Assembly: GCA_023410645.1 (NCBI GenBank)
Contig: JAEYPQ010000040.1
Span: 20,265-84,264, forward strand
Reading direction: 5' to 3'
DNA length: 64,000 nt
Source of the DNA: Bacillota bacterium
GTDB lineage: Bacteria > Bacillota > Clostridia > TANB77 > CAG-465
How positions within the stretch are numbered: the first letter of the stretch is position 1; each line of letters starts with the position of its first letter. The translations under genes were made by a program, and so were the position numbers. This document shows, piece by piece, positions 1 through 9,436 of the stretch. Below the pieces are notes generated by a model that saw only the letters and a program-made list of their open reading frames with translations, made no database searches and had not been told where the DNA came from.

Positions 1-75
1 AAGTCAGAAAATAACGAATTAAGAAAAGTTTTAATTGAAAAATTTGGCGAACAAATGAAAATTATTGGGACTTAG
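1..75 (+). CDS. 3' end of an upstream gene (partial, ...LRKVLIEKFGEQMKIIGT*)
   Basis: Open frame runs from the window edge to TAG at 73-75 and is followed by a strong terminator hairpin. No family assignment is possible. Confidence 0.3.
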   Translation, partial: KSENNELRKVLIEKFGEQMKIIGT

Positions 76-107
76 ATTTAAGTATTTTTCAAAATATGAA
101 TAAGTAT

Positions 108-146
108 AAAAACAGTTGGTATTTTTATTATGCCAACTGTTTTTAT
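108..146. terminator. Bidirectional Rho-independent terminator
   Basis: Perfect 11-bp stem AAAACAGTTGG / CCAACTGTTTT with T-runs on both sides, lying between convergent genes. Confidence 0.7.
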
Positions 147-155
147 ATAACTATT

Positions 156-728
156 TTAAACTATCTTTGAACTTAGTACATTTCCAATTGCAAGTAATAT
201 GAAAACAAAGAAAAACATTGCGGAAAATGTAAATAAACTTGATACAAATGCATTTACATAAGTTAAATTATTTGGTCTATCATCTATTTTAAGATAAGTT
301 TCATCATTAATATCTGGTTTAGGTGGGTTAGTATATTTTTTAAAAATATTTCTAAAAAAGCCGCTTATTTTTAAATAGTTTATATTTACTGTAAAATATG
401 AAAATGATTGAAGTACTATTCCAAGAATGCAATAAATAATAGTAATAGCTATAATAGTAGATTTACTTACATCAATATTATTTGATTTAATAAGAACATC
501 AAAATATAGAGTAATTAAATCAATATTTAATAGTCTACTTAACGTCATATACCAAGCAAAAACCATTAATATAAATATTAGAATTGTAAGTAAACTTGGT
601 ATGACCAAATATTTATTATCATATTTATACTTCGTTGTTAGTAAAAGAACAGCTTTTATGATTGTACATGTAAAAACAAAAAGTATTAATACAAAAAATA
701 AAATCAATAAAAATATAAAAAAAATCAT
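156..728 (-). CDS. Hypothetical integral membrane protein (about 4 TM helices)
   Basis: Hydrophobic segments in the ORF translation. The start is 10 bp downstream of the GT4 gene, so it is probably co-transcribed. Confidence 0.5.
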   Translation of the reverse strand: MIFFIFLLILFFVLILFVFTCTIIKAVLLLTTKYKYDNKYLVIPSLLTILIFILMVFAWYMTLSRLLNIDLITLYFDVLIKSNNIDVSKSTIIAITIIYCILGIVLQSFSYFTVNINYLKISGFFRNIFKKYTNPPKPDINDETYLKIDDRPNNLTYVNAFVSSLFTFSAMFFFVFILLAIGNVLSSKIV

Positions 729-740
729 ATATTATTACCT

Positions 741-2027
741 CTACTTTTTTAATCTTGTAAGTCGTAATAATCCATCAGTTATCCTTTTATATATATTCTT
801 GTTATGTTCATTTATTTCTTCTTTTGAAGTAAAATCTTTTTTTATTTTGTAATTTTCTATAACTTCTTTATAAACCATTTCTAGTTTATCTCCAAATTCA
901 TCTGAAGAATATTGCTCTGCAGTAATATATCCGTTTTCAGCTAATTTTTCTTTTAAAGAATCATTAGTAAGAATAGAAAGTATTGCTTTTGAAAATTCTG
1001 AATCATGTTTTACTAATATTCCATTTTTTCCATTTTCAATGAATTCAGAAAGATTAGGAGCATATTTTGCAACAATTGGCACTTTGGCAGCCATTGCTTC
1101 GATAAAAGTTAATCCCTGTGTTTCAGTAAGAGAAGCATTTACAAATACATCACCTAAATTATAGTATTTTGGAACATCAATCCATGGAACTTTTCCAGTA
1201 AAGATTACTTTATTAGATATATTTAATTTTTTTGCTAAATCTTGAAGTCCATCTTTCGAAGGTCCGTCACCAACAATTAAAAATTTTACATTAGGCATTG
1301 ATGAAAATAAAGAAGGTAGGTTATTCATAACAACATCTATGCTTTTTTCATCACCAAGTCTTCCTAAAAATAAAATTACCTTTTCATCTTTTGATATTCC
1401 AAGAGATTCTTTTAAAGAGTTTTTTTGCTCTATAGTAAAATTAGATCTATTAAATGGAACAATATCAATTCCAGTCGGTATAACATAAATAGGTTTATTC
1501 TTAATTTTACATTTATATTTTAAATATTTTTCAGTTTTCTTTGATGGAGTAATAATACATTCAGCCTTTGTCATAAAGTTTTTTGATATTGTTCTAGCAA
1601 ATCTTTTTGGATATATATTTCTTGTACCTTTTATTGGAATTATATAGTGAATATAATCTTCCCACATTGTATGATAAGTATGTATAAAAGGTATATCAAA
1701 TTTCCTAGATATAATTTTACCAAATAAACCAAGTGAAAATTCAGATTGAGTATGTACAATATCAAGTCCAATTTCTTTTATTTTTTTTGCAATATCTCTT
1801 GAATAAAAAGTAGCAAGTCTGTTTTTGTATTGTCTTGCTACGATGAGAGGCATACTCATTAACATGTATAAATTTTGGTTTTCATTTGGACTTGTTGTTG
1901 ATCTTGATGGAGCAAAAACATACACTTCATGTCCACGCTTTTTCATTTCTTGTTCAAGCATATTAATTGATGTTACTACTCCACTAGTAACGGGGTTATA
2001 TGCATCTGTAAAAATACCAATTTTCAT
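741..2027 (-). CDS. GT4-family glycosyltransferase, likely a glycolipid/diacylglycerol glycosyltransferase
   Basis: N-terminus MKIGIFTDAYNPVTSGV...GHEVYVFAP and C-terminal region VFVNASLTETQGLTFIEAMAAKVPIV are typical of GT-B GT4 enzymes (EX7E-like region). AAGGAG RBS upstream. Confidence 0.75.
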   Translation of the reverse strand: MKIGIFTDAYNPVTSGVVTSINMLEQEMKKRGHEVYVFAPSRSTTSPNENQNLYMLMSMPLIVARQYKNRLATFYSRDIAKKIKEIGLDIVHTQSEFSLGLFGKIISRKFDIPFIHTYHTMWEDYIHYIIPIKGTRNIYPKRFARTISKNFMTKAECIITPSKKTEKYLKYKCKIKNKPIYVIPTGIDIVPFNRSNFTIEQKNSLKESLGISKDEKVILFLGRLGDEKSIDVVMNNLPSLFSSMPNVKFLIVGDGPSKDGLQDLAKKLNISNKVIFTGKVPWIDVPKYYNLGDVFVNASLTETQGLTFIEAMAAKVPIVAKYAPNLSEFIENGKNGILVKHDSEFSKAILSILTNDSLKEKLAENGYITAEQYSSDEFGDKLEMVYKEVIENYKIKKDFTSKEEINEHNKNIYKRITDGLLRLTRLKK

Positions 2028-2213
2028 AAAAACACAGCTCCTTAATTTGTTTAGGTATTATTTATTAAACTCTAGTTATTATATATTAAAAAAAAATAAA
2101 AGTCAAGAAATATACAAATTCGTGGTAATATTAAAAAAATTATTTATTGACAAAATACTATTTATAATGTATTATATGTTTATATATAAAAAACATATAA
2201 AGGAGATAGAATA

Positions 2214-2840
2214 ATGTATCCAGATAAAAATGAAGCACATGACATTTTAGAAGAAGCATCTAAATTAAATCCAGGTAAATGGGTAACACATTCAGAGAAT
2301 GTTGCAAATGTTGCAAGTATATTGGCAGGAGCATTAGGTCTTGATAAAGACAAAGCATATATCTTCGGTTTGTTACATGATATAGGAAGAAGAGTTGGTG
2401 TCACAGGGACAAGGCATATAATTGATGGATATAACTATTTAAAAGACCTTGGCTATGAAGAGGTAGGAAGATATTGCCTTACTCATTCATATTTTGTAAA
2501 AGATATACAAAATATTATGGGGAAATGGGATTTTACTACTGATGAAGAAATATTTATAAATAAATATTTGAAAAATACTGAGTATGATATGTATGATAAA
2601 ATAGTACAGATCGCTGATTGTATGACCTTGCCTGAGGGTGTGACATTAATTGAAAGAAGATTAATAGATGTTTATATTAGACATGGGGTTAATGAACATA
2701 CCATTGATAATTGGAATGCTGTATACAGAACACAAATAGAAATAGAGAATAAGTTAGGATATAGCATATATAAATTGTTTCCAGCAATAAAAGAGACATT
2801 TGACAGTAAATTGATAAAAGATGTACTAATTATAGAATAA
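2214..2840 (+). CDS. HD-domain phosphohydrolase (paralog of 7174..7767)
   Basis: H..HD motif (LLHDIGRRVG) and a downstream CLTHSY motif. GGAG RBS before the ATG. Confidence 0.7.
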   Translation: MYPDKNEAHDILEEASKLNPGKWVTHSENVANVASILAGALGLDKDKAYIFGLLHDIGRRVGVTGTRHIIDGYNYLKDLGYEEVGRYCLTHSYFVKDIQNIMGKWDFTTDEEIFINKYLKNTEYDMYDKIVQIADCMTLPEGVTLIERRLIDVYIRHGVNEHTIDNWNAVYRTQIEIENKLGYSIYKLFPAIKETFDSKLIKDVLIIE

Positions 2841-2861
2841 ATATTGAAAGGTAATTAATAT

Positions 2862-3299
2862 ATGGAAGAAAAAATTAAATTAATAAAAGAAGAAAATGAT
2901 TTTTTTAGGGAATGGATAATAAAAGAATGGAAACACCATAATACTGTAGATCAAATATATAAATTAAAAATAATAGATTCAAAAGAACTAAAGTTTGAAG
3001 AAAATGAACAATATTACAAAATAATGTATGAAGAAATTATGGTTGGTTTTATTGGTATAAAAGTATATGATAAAGAAATATACTTATATAGATTTTATGT
3101 AGATGAAGAATATAGAAATAAAGGTATTGGGACTATCGTATTAAATAAAATAATAAATATAGCAAAAAGTGATAATAAAGATATGACTTTGGAAGTTATA
3201 GGAGATAATATTGCAATAGATTTATATGAAAGATTTGGTTTTAAAACACATTATAAAAGAATGGTTCTAAAAATAAATAATAATTTATATAGTAATTAA
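2862..3299 (+). CDS. GNAT family N-acetyltransferase
   Basis: Acetyl-CoA-binding motif RNKGIGTIVLNKIINIAK (R-x-x-G-x-G). Confidence 0.7.
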   Translation: MEEKIKLIKEENDFFREWIIKEWKHHNTVDQIYKLKIIDSKELKFEENEQYYKIMYEEIMVGFIGIKVYDKEIYLYRFYVDEEYRNKGIGTIVLNKIINIAKSDNKDMTLEVIGDNIAIDLYERFGFKTHYKRMVLKINNNLYSN

Positions 3300-3499
3300 A
3301 AAAAATTTAAAAGATCAATATAAAAAAGTATTTATAGTGAAAAACTATAGATACTTTTTTAATATATTTAAAAATTATATTAACATTATTTAGTTATTTG
3401 TATAAATTAGAAGGTTTATTGTAAAAATAATATTAGAAATTTTACATAATATTTTATTATTAAACTTTATTATTAAATTTTATTTTTTTGTAAAAAACA

Positions 3500-3528
3500 T
3501 TGAAAAAAGTTATTAAAAAATATATAAT
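3500..3528 (+). promoter_or_regulatory. Sigma-A-type promoter (-35 TTGAAA, 17-nt spacer, -10 TATAAT)
   Basis: Hexamers read directly at 3500-3505 and 3523-3528, about 55 nt upstream of the ATG at 3585. Confidence 0.5.
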
Positions 3529-3584
3529 ATATTGTGTATATATACTAACTGGTAGTATATATTTTTAAAAAATAGGAGGCGTAT

Positions 3585-6371
3585 ATGGAAAAAAGAAGAG
3601 GAATTTCATTAATAGTTTTAGTCATAACTATAATTGTGATTATAATACTTGCAGGAGCAATAATACTAAATTTAAGTAAAAATAATCCAATTGAAAGTGC
3701 CAGAAAAGCAAAGTTTTTAAATGATATAGATACATTTAAAAGTGAATTATCATTATATGAATTAGGTAAAATGGCAAATACAAATGGAAACTATGATCCT
3801 AAATTATTAAATGCAGATAAAGATAATTTATTTGACGGAAGCACAGAAGCAGTACCGGATAAGAACATGACGGACGTAATAGAATCAATGAAGGATACAG
3901 GCTATGAAAATAAACTTGAGATTGTAGCTGGAGAATTAGTTTATGTAGGAGATAGCGAAAAAGAATCATCTTGGTGTGATGGAGTAATAGAATCTAAAGA
4001 TTTTAAATTAGATGTAACAGTAATACCAGATGTGACAAGTTTAAATGGAACAATAACTCTTACAGGAGCATTTGTTGATCCAAATAAGATAGAATATTAT
4101 AGAATATACATATCAGAAACAAGTGGAAATTATCCAGAGTCATATATTCAAGAGATAACTGAAAAAAGTGCAACAGTAAACTTTAGTATATCACAAGGAA
4201 TAGAAGCAAATAAAACATATTATATAAAAGTCGTAGTAAAAATGAATAATGTTGCAGATACAAGAGAAAAAGAAGTAAAAGTAGTATCTAACGTAGATAA
4301 TATAGCGCCAAATTCGGCCCAAATATCTGTACCAAGTTATTCAAACAATTTAATAATAACACCAGTAGCAATAACATTAAGTGATAATGATGGTGGAAGT
4401 GGAATAAATAAGACAGGAAGCATGTATGTGTTAGATCAAACATCAACAAGTTATTCAGAATCAGATACAGTATGGGATACAGCAACAACTTTTAATTCAA
4501 CGGATTTCGTGGGAAATGTAGCAACAATAGCAATTGAAGTACCAGGAGACGGTGAATATTATATACATGTATTAGCAGTAGATGGAGCAGGAAACAAAAA
4601 GTCAGCAACATCAGGGAAAATTATCGTTGATACAACTATTCCAAATGAACCTGCAATAACATTACCAAGTAATGCTGCAACAAGTAACATACAAGCCACA
4701 GTGGTAATGAGTGATAATACAAATGGAAGTGGACTTGATTTAAATCAATGTAAATATATATATTCAACAGCATCAACACCATATGGAGATACAGAGAATA
4801 TATGGAATACTGCAACAGCATTTACAAGTGCTACACAAACAATAACAGTTACATCAAGTACAAATGAGGTATATTATTTACATGTATTACTAGTAGATAA
4901 AGCAGGAAATAGAAGAGAAGTGTTATCTTCTGGTGTAACCACAAATACAGATGTTCCAGTAGCACCAGTAATAACCGGAACAGTATCGAGTAACGTATGG
5001 ACAAATCAGAATTCAGTTACACTAACAGTAAATGAAGTAACATCAACTGGAATAGTAAGATATGAGTATAATATAAATGATGGAGCTTGGCAAACATACA
5101 ATAGCACAAATAAAATAGTGGTGTCAACTGAAGGAACAACATATGTAAAAGCAAGGGCTGTAAATAATGTTGGAACAAATGGGGCAATTAGTACAGGATA
5201 TGTAGTAAGAATAGATAAAGTATCACCTACGATCACAGCATCAAGTGGAGGAAGTACTGCTTCTAGTGTAACGGTAATTGCAACAGCAAGTGACAGTGGA
5301 AGTGGAATAAATGGATCTAGTTATCAATATTCAAAGGATAATGGATCAACTTGGACAGGAGCAATTGGTTCAAATAGCTATACATTTAATAGTCTATCTA
5401 CAGGAACATATAATTGTAAAGTAATGGTATCGGATAATGCAGGAAATAGTACTATATCAAATACTATTTCAATAACAGCAATAGAGTATCCACAATCTAA
5501 TTCTCCAGGTACAGAAGAAACTCCAGGAACACCAAAAACAGAAAATACTACAATAAATGGTAAAACACCAACATATAATAATCCAGTAATACCAGCAGGA
5601 TTTAGTCCTGTAAATACTTCAACTGCTAGTTGGACTTTATCAGGAGGAATTCCACAAGGATGGAATAATGGGTTAGTAATACAAGATAATTATGGAAATC
5701 AGTTTGTATGGGTACCAGTAGATGGAGTAAATGTACCATATGCTAAATGGTGTACATCAGGTCAATCATATTTATACACAGTTGAAGGTACACTTCCAAC
5801 TGGATTTAGTGAAGATACAATAACTACTAAATATAAAGGATTTTATATAGCAAGATATGAAGCAAGTTATAATGGTGGAAAAGTAGCAAGTAAAAAAGGA
5901 AGTTCGTGGGTATATATAACTTTCTCAGATGCAAAAAATTACTGTGAAAGCATGTCAACTGGTTATGGATACAATACAGCACTGCTAGGAACAACAATAT
6001 TGACTGGAATACAATGGGATACTGTAATGAAATGGATAGAAAATTCTGGAATAAGTGTTACAAATAGTACATCATGGGGTAATTATTTCGATGCGTCATT
6101 TACATATACATATCCAGAAACAGGAAATAAACCTGATAATTCAAGTGCAATATTATATACAGGAGCAACAAGCAGAAATAGTGCAAAAAATATATATGAT
6201 TTAGCAGGAAATATGGAAGAATGGACAAATGAGAAATATTCAGGTGATTATGTTAGACGTGGTAGCCACTTCAACACTACCGGTTATGCATATCCAGCAG
6301 CTTATCGTACATCTTCTTTGATTGGTTCTAATGGTAGTGCCGGATTTAGACCAATGCTATATGTTAAATAA
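3585..6371 (+). CDS. Large modular surface protein. Type-IV-pilin-like N-terminal module lacking Glu5, then four tandem Ig-like repeats, then a C-terminal FGE-sulfatase/SUMF1-like domain.
   Basis: N-terminus KRRG|ISLIVLVITIIVIIILAGAII fits a class-III signal with Val in place of Glu5. Four ~95-aa repeats end in D-x-AGN. C-terminus has GNMEEWT...RGSHF...GFRP, which are FGE-sulfatase signatures. AGGAGG RBS. Confidence 0.75.
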   Translation: MEKRRGISLIVLVITIIVIIILAGAIILNLSKNNPIESARKAKFLNDIDTFKSELSLYELGKMANTNGNYDPKLLNADKDNLFDGSTEAVPDKNMTDVIESMKDTGYENKLEIVAGELVYVGDSEKESSWCDGVIESKDFKLDVTVIPDVTSLNGTITLTGAFVDPNKIEYYRIYISETSGNYPESYIQEITEKSATVNFSISQGIEANKTYYIKVVVKMNNVADTREKEVKVVSNVDNIAPNSAQISVPSYSNNLIITPVAITLSDNDGGSGINKTGSMYVLDQTSTSYSESDTVWDTATTFNSTDFVGNVATIAIEVPGDGEYYIHVLAVDGAGNKKSATSGKIIVDTTIPNEPAITLPSNAATSNIQATVVMSDNTNGSGLDLNQCKYIYSTASTPYGDTENIWNTATAFTSATQTITVTSSTNEVYYLHVLLVDKAGNRREVLSSGVTTNTDVPVAPVITGTVSSNVWTNQNSVTLTVNEVTSTGIVRYEYNINDGAWQTYNSTNKIVVSTEGTTYVKARAVNNVGTNGAISTGYVVRIDKVSPTITASSGGSTASSVTVIATASDSGSGINGSSYQYSKDNGSTWTGAIGSNSYTFNSLSTGTYNCKVMVSDNAGNSTISNTISITAIEYPQSNSPGTEETPGTPKTENTTINGKTPTYNNPVIPAGFSPVNTSTASWTLSGGIPQGWNNGLVIQDNYGNQFVWVPVDGVNVPYAKWCTSGQSYLYTVEGTLPTGFSEDTITTKYKGFYIARYEASYNGGKVASKKGSSWVYITFSDAKNYCESMSTGYGYNTALLGTTILTGIQWDTVMKWIENSGISVTNSTSWGNYFDASFTYTYPETGNKPDNSSAILYTGATSRNSAKNIYDLAGNMEEWTNEKYSGDYVRRGSHFNTTGYAYPAAYRTSSLIGSNGSAGFRPMLYVK

Positions 6372-6417
6372 TAAGTTGAAATAATATATAATTGAAGTAT
6401 CATAATAAATAAAATTT

Positions 6418-6458
6418 AAAATGGGTTTGATTTTTTATTAAGCCCATTTTATTTATTA
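6418..6458 (+). terminator. Rho-independent terminator
   Basis: Stem AAAATGGG / CCCATTTT followed by a T-rich tract, downstream of the 3585..6371 gene. Confidence 0.55.
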
Positions 6459-6644
6459 TATTAAATCTTAAAAAATCGTTATAAAACTTCTATTGATTAT
6501 TTAAAATCTTTATAATTAATGATATAATATGTTTGTTGAGAGATAAGATTTTTTTATTATTTGAGGATAAGAAAATTAAAATATATATGAGAAAATTTAG
6601 CATTTATGAGTAGACTTTTAAATAACATGAGGTGGATTTAAAAT

Positions 6645-7184
6645 ATGACAAATATATATGTAGTTAGACATGGACAGACTAATTGTAATAAGGAAAGTAA
6701 ATATAATTGTAGATATGACGAGGATATAAATGAAATAGGAATTGAACAGGCAAATAGTACTAGTGAACAAGTTAAGAAGTTAAATATTGATTTAATTATT
6801 TGTTCACCAATGAAAAGAACAAAACATACTATGAATTTATTAAATGTGAATAATATACCAGTAATTTATGATGATAGATTAATTGAAAGAGATGGGGGAA
6901 AGCTTACTTTAACAACTATTGATGAATATTATTATAAAGAATATTATAATTATTATTCCACTAAATTTGTTGATGGTCTTGAAACTTTACCAGAATTATT
7001 TAACAGGGTTCATTTATTTTTAGATGAAATTATAAAGAAATATAATAATAAGAATATATTATTAGTTACTCATGGAGCAGTAGCAAGAGCAATACAATTT
7101 TATTTTGAAGAAATACCGAATGATGGAATGCTTCTTAATGTAAGTGGACAAAAAAATTGCGAAATAAAGAAATATGAGGTGTAA
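6645..7184 (+). CDS. Histidine phosphatase family protein (phosphoglycerate-mutase-like)
   Basis: RHG motif at the N-terminus (VVRHGQT) and a TKHT region. GAGG RBS. Confidence 0.7.
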   Translation: MTNIYVVRHGQTNCNKESKYNCRYDEDINEIGIEQANSTSEQVKKLNIDLIICSPMKRTKHTMNLLNVNNIPVIYDDRLIERDGGKLTLTTIDEYYYKEYYNYYSTKFVDGLETLPELFNRVHLFLDEIIKKYNNKNILLVTHGAVARAIQFYFEEIPNDGMLLNVSGQKNCEIKKYEV

Positions 7185-7767
7185 TATGAAATTAACTAGT
7201 GAAAAGGCGTTAGAAATGTTAAATAACTCAAGAGGAACAGCAAAAGATGATTATTGGATTGAACACTCTATTTGTGTCGGTAAAACTGCTGAGAAGATTG
7301 CAGAAGTATTAAATTTAGATACAGAAAAAGCAATGACTTTAGGTTATATTCATGATATTGGGAAAAGTGTTGGCGAGTTTAGCGAACATGTTATGAACGG
7401 ATATAATCTTTTAAAAGAACTGGGATATGATGATGAGTATATCAATATTTGTTTAACTCATTCATATTTGAACAATGATGTATTATGTACTGCTGGTGGA
7501 ATACCAGATGATATTCCATTTAGAACTGAATTTATTAAAAATCATGAATATACAATATATGAAAAAATAGTCAATCTTTGTGATTTAATGTGTACAAGTG
7601 TAGTTATGACAATTGATAAAAGAATAGTTGATATCATTACACGTAGAGGTGCTTATAGCAATACACAATATCATGTTAAAGAGACATATAAGTTAAAAAA
7701 ATATTTTGATGATCTATTAGGTTATAATGTTTATGATTTATTTCCTGATATAATTAATAATATATAA
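7174..7767 (+). CDS. HD-domain phosphohydrolase (paralog of 2214..2840)
   Basis: YIHDIGKSVG and CLTHSY motifs collinear with 2214..2840. Overlaps the upstream gene by 11 bp, so the two are in an operon. Confidence 0.7.
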   Translation: MRCNMKLTSEKALEMLNNSRGTAKDDYWIEHSICVGKTAEKIAEVLNLDTEKAMTLGYIHDIGKSVGEFSEHVMNGYNLLKELGYDDEYINICLTHSYLNNDVLCTAGGIPDDIPFRTEFIKNHEYTIYEKIVNLCDLMCTSVVMTIDKRIVDIITRRGAYSNTQYHVKETYKLKKYFDDLLGYNVYDLFPDIINNI

Positions 7768-7854
7768 TAAAAGTATAAGCTAAAAGCTTATACTTTTTTA
7801 CTTTTATCTATATTTGTAATTAATTTTTATAAATTTAATATAATTTATAAAGAC

Positions 7855-7875
7855 TATTGACTAAGTTAGTCAATA
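7855..7875. promoter_or_regulatory. Perfect palindrome TATTGACTAA-g-TTAGTCAATA, candidate TetR operator
   Basis: 10-bp arms with a 1-bp spacer, 39 bp upstream of the TetR-family start codon. Includes a TTGACT -35-like hexamer. Confidence 0.5.
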
Positions 7876-7913
7876 GCAGTATAATACATTTTATGAGAGG
7901 AGTGAAGTATTGT

Positions 7914-8546
7914 ATGTATTCAAAATTCTTGAATTTGAGTAAAGAAAAACAAAATAAAATTATAAATGCAGCTTTAAATATTTTTTCAAGTTCAATATAT
8001 AAGAACGCATCTACAGATGAAATTGTTAAATCTGCCGGTATTTCTAAAGGCTCATTATTTCATTATTTTAAGAGCAAAGAAGATCTATATTTGTATTTAT
8101 ATGATTATTCTGTTGGGTTATTTAAAAAGGACTTTTATTCAAAGATTGATTTAAATGAAAGAGATATATTTAAAAAATTTTCTAATATTACTTCTGTTAA
8201 ACTTGAGTTAGTTAGAAAGCATCCGGATATATTTAATTTTGTTTATAAAGCAATGTATTTTGAGGATAATCCAAGATTAAAGAAAGAAATAAATAAAAGA
8301 AATGATAGTTTGGTTATTGAAAACTACAATAAATTTTTTACAGATATTGATAAGAGTAGGTTTAGAAATGATATTGATCCAAATAAGGCAATTGAACTTA
8401 TAATACTGACTATGAACGGTTATGCAAGTAAAGAAGCTTTAAATGTAAAACCGTCAGAAGATAATGAAGATTTATACAATAAATGGATTAGAGAAGTAAA
8501 TGAATATACTGAAATAATGAAAAAAATTTATTATAAAGGAGAATAG
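7914..8546 (+). CDS. TetR/AcrR family transcriptional regulator
   Basis: HTH region TDEIVKSAGISKGSLFHYFKSKEDL. Start reassigned to the ATG at 7914, which follows a GAGAGGAGTGAAG RBS. Confidence 0.75.
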   Translation: MYSKFLNLSKEKQNKIINAALNIFSSSIYKNASTDEIVKSAGISKGSLFHYFKSKEDLYLYLYDYSVGLFKKDFYSKIDLNERDIFKKFSNITSVKLELVRKHPDIFNFVYKAMYFEDNPRLKKEINKRNDSLVIENYNKFFTDIDKSRFRNDIDPNKAIELIILTMNGYASKEALNVKPSEDNEDLYNKWIREVNEYTEIMKKIYYKGE

Positions 8547-8548
8547 TT

Positions 8549-9433
8549 ATGAGTATTATTGAAATTAAAAATTTAACAAAAAATTATGGAAAAGCAAGAG
8601 GTATTATTGATGTTAGTTTAAATGTAGAAGAAGGAGAAATATTTGGATTTATTGGCCCAAATGGAGCTGGTAAAAGTACGACAATAAGGACTTTATTAGA
8701 ATTAATTCATCCTACAAGTGGTGAAGCTAAAATATTTGGAAAAAATTGTATTTCTAATTCGCCAGAAATAATGAAAGAGGTGGGGTATTTACCATCAGAA
8801 GTATTTTATTACGATGGAATGAAAGTTATTGATTTACTTAACTATTCAGCTTCTTTTTACAATAAAGATTGTTCAAAAAGAATACACGAGCTTGCAAAAA
8901 TAATGGATTTGGATTTAAGCAAGAAAATAGATGAATTATCATATGGTAATAAGAAAAAAGTGGGTATTGTTCAGGCATTATTACATGAACCTAAACTTAT
9001 TATCTTAGATGAACCTACTGGTGGACTTGATCCTCTAATGCAACAAAAATTCTTTGATCTATTAAAAGAAGAAAATAAAAAAGGTGCAACTGTACTATTT
9101 TCATCACACGTGTTAAGTGAAGTCCAAAGAGTATGTGATAGAGTTGCTATAATCAAAGAAGGCAGAATTATAAAAATTGAGAAAATGAGTGAAATTAATG
9201 AGAATAATTATAAGAGATTTAAAATAGAAGTAAAAGAAAAAGTAGCAACTGAATATTTTCAAATTGATGGAGTTACTAATTTGCAAATAAAAGATTCTAT
9301 TTATAGTTTCATGTTTAAAGGAGATATAAATGATATATTAAAAAAAGTAAGTGAGATAAAAATAAATAATATATGGGTGGATGAACCTGATCTTGAAGAA
9401 ATATTCTTACATTATTATAATAAGGAGGACTAA
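8549..9433 (+). CDS. ABC transporter ATP-binding protein
   Basis: Walker A GPNGAGKST, signature LSYGNKKKV, Walker B LIILDEPT. Confidence 0.85.
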   Translation: MSIIEIKNLTKNYGKARGIIDVSLNVEEGEIFGFIGPNGAGKSTTIRTLLELIHPTSGEAKIFGKNCISNSPEIMKEVGYLPSEVFYYDGMKVIDLLNYSASFYNKDCSKRIHELAKIMDLDLSKKIDELSYGNKKKVGIVQALLHEPKLIILDEPTGGLDPLMQQKFFDLLKEENKKGATVLFSSHVLSEVQRVCDRVAIIKEGRIIKIEKMSEINENNYKRFKIEVKEKVATEYFQIDGVTNLQIKDSIYSFMFKGDINDILKKVSEIKINNIWVDEPDLEEIFLHYYNKED

Positions 9434-9436
9434 ACT

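Noticed and set aside
601-852. 83-aa plus-strand ORF overlapping the ends of two minus-strand genes
   Set aside because: Low-complexity Lys/Ile/Asn-rich translation and no RBS. It sits antisense within better-supported genes, so it is an AT-rich chance ORF.
1825-2404. ORFs at 1825..2214 (+) and 2180..2404 (-) overlapping the glycosyltransferase 5' end and the HD gene
   Set aside because: They lie antisense to or overlap strongly supported CDS and have no RBS and no motif.
4288-5236. Three minus-strand ORFs (4288..4488, 4636..4821, 5006..5236) inside the large surface-protein gene
   Set aside because: They are antisense to a gene with clear domain structure. Their L/Y/H-rich composition is typical of reverse frames in AT-rich coding DNA.
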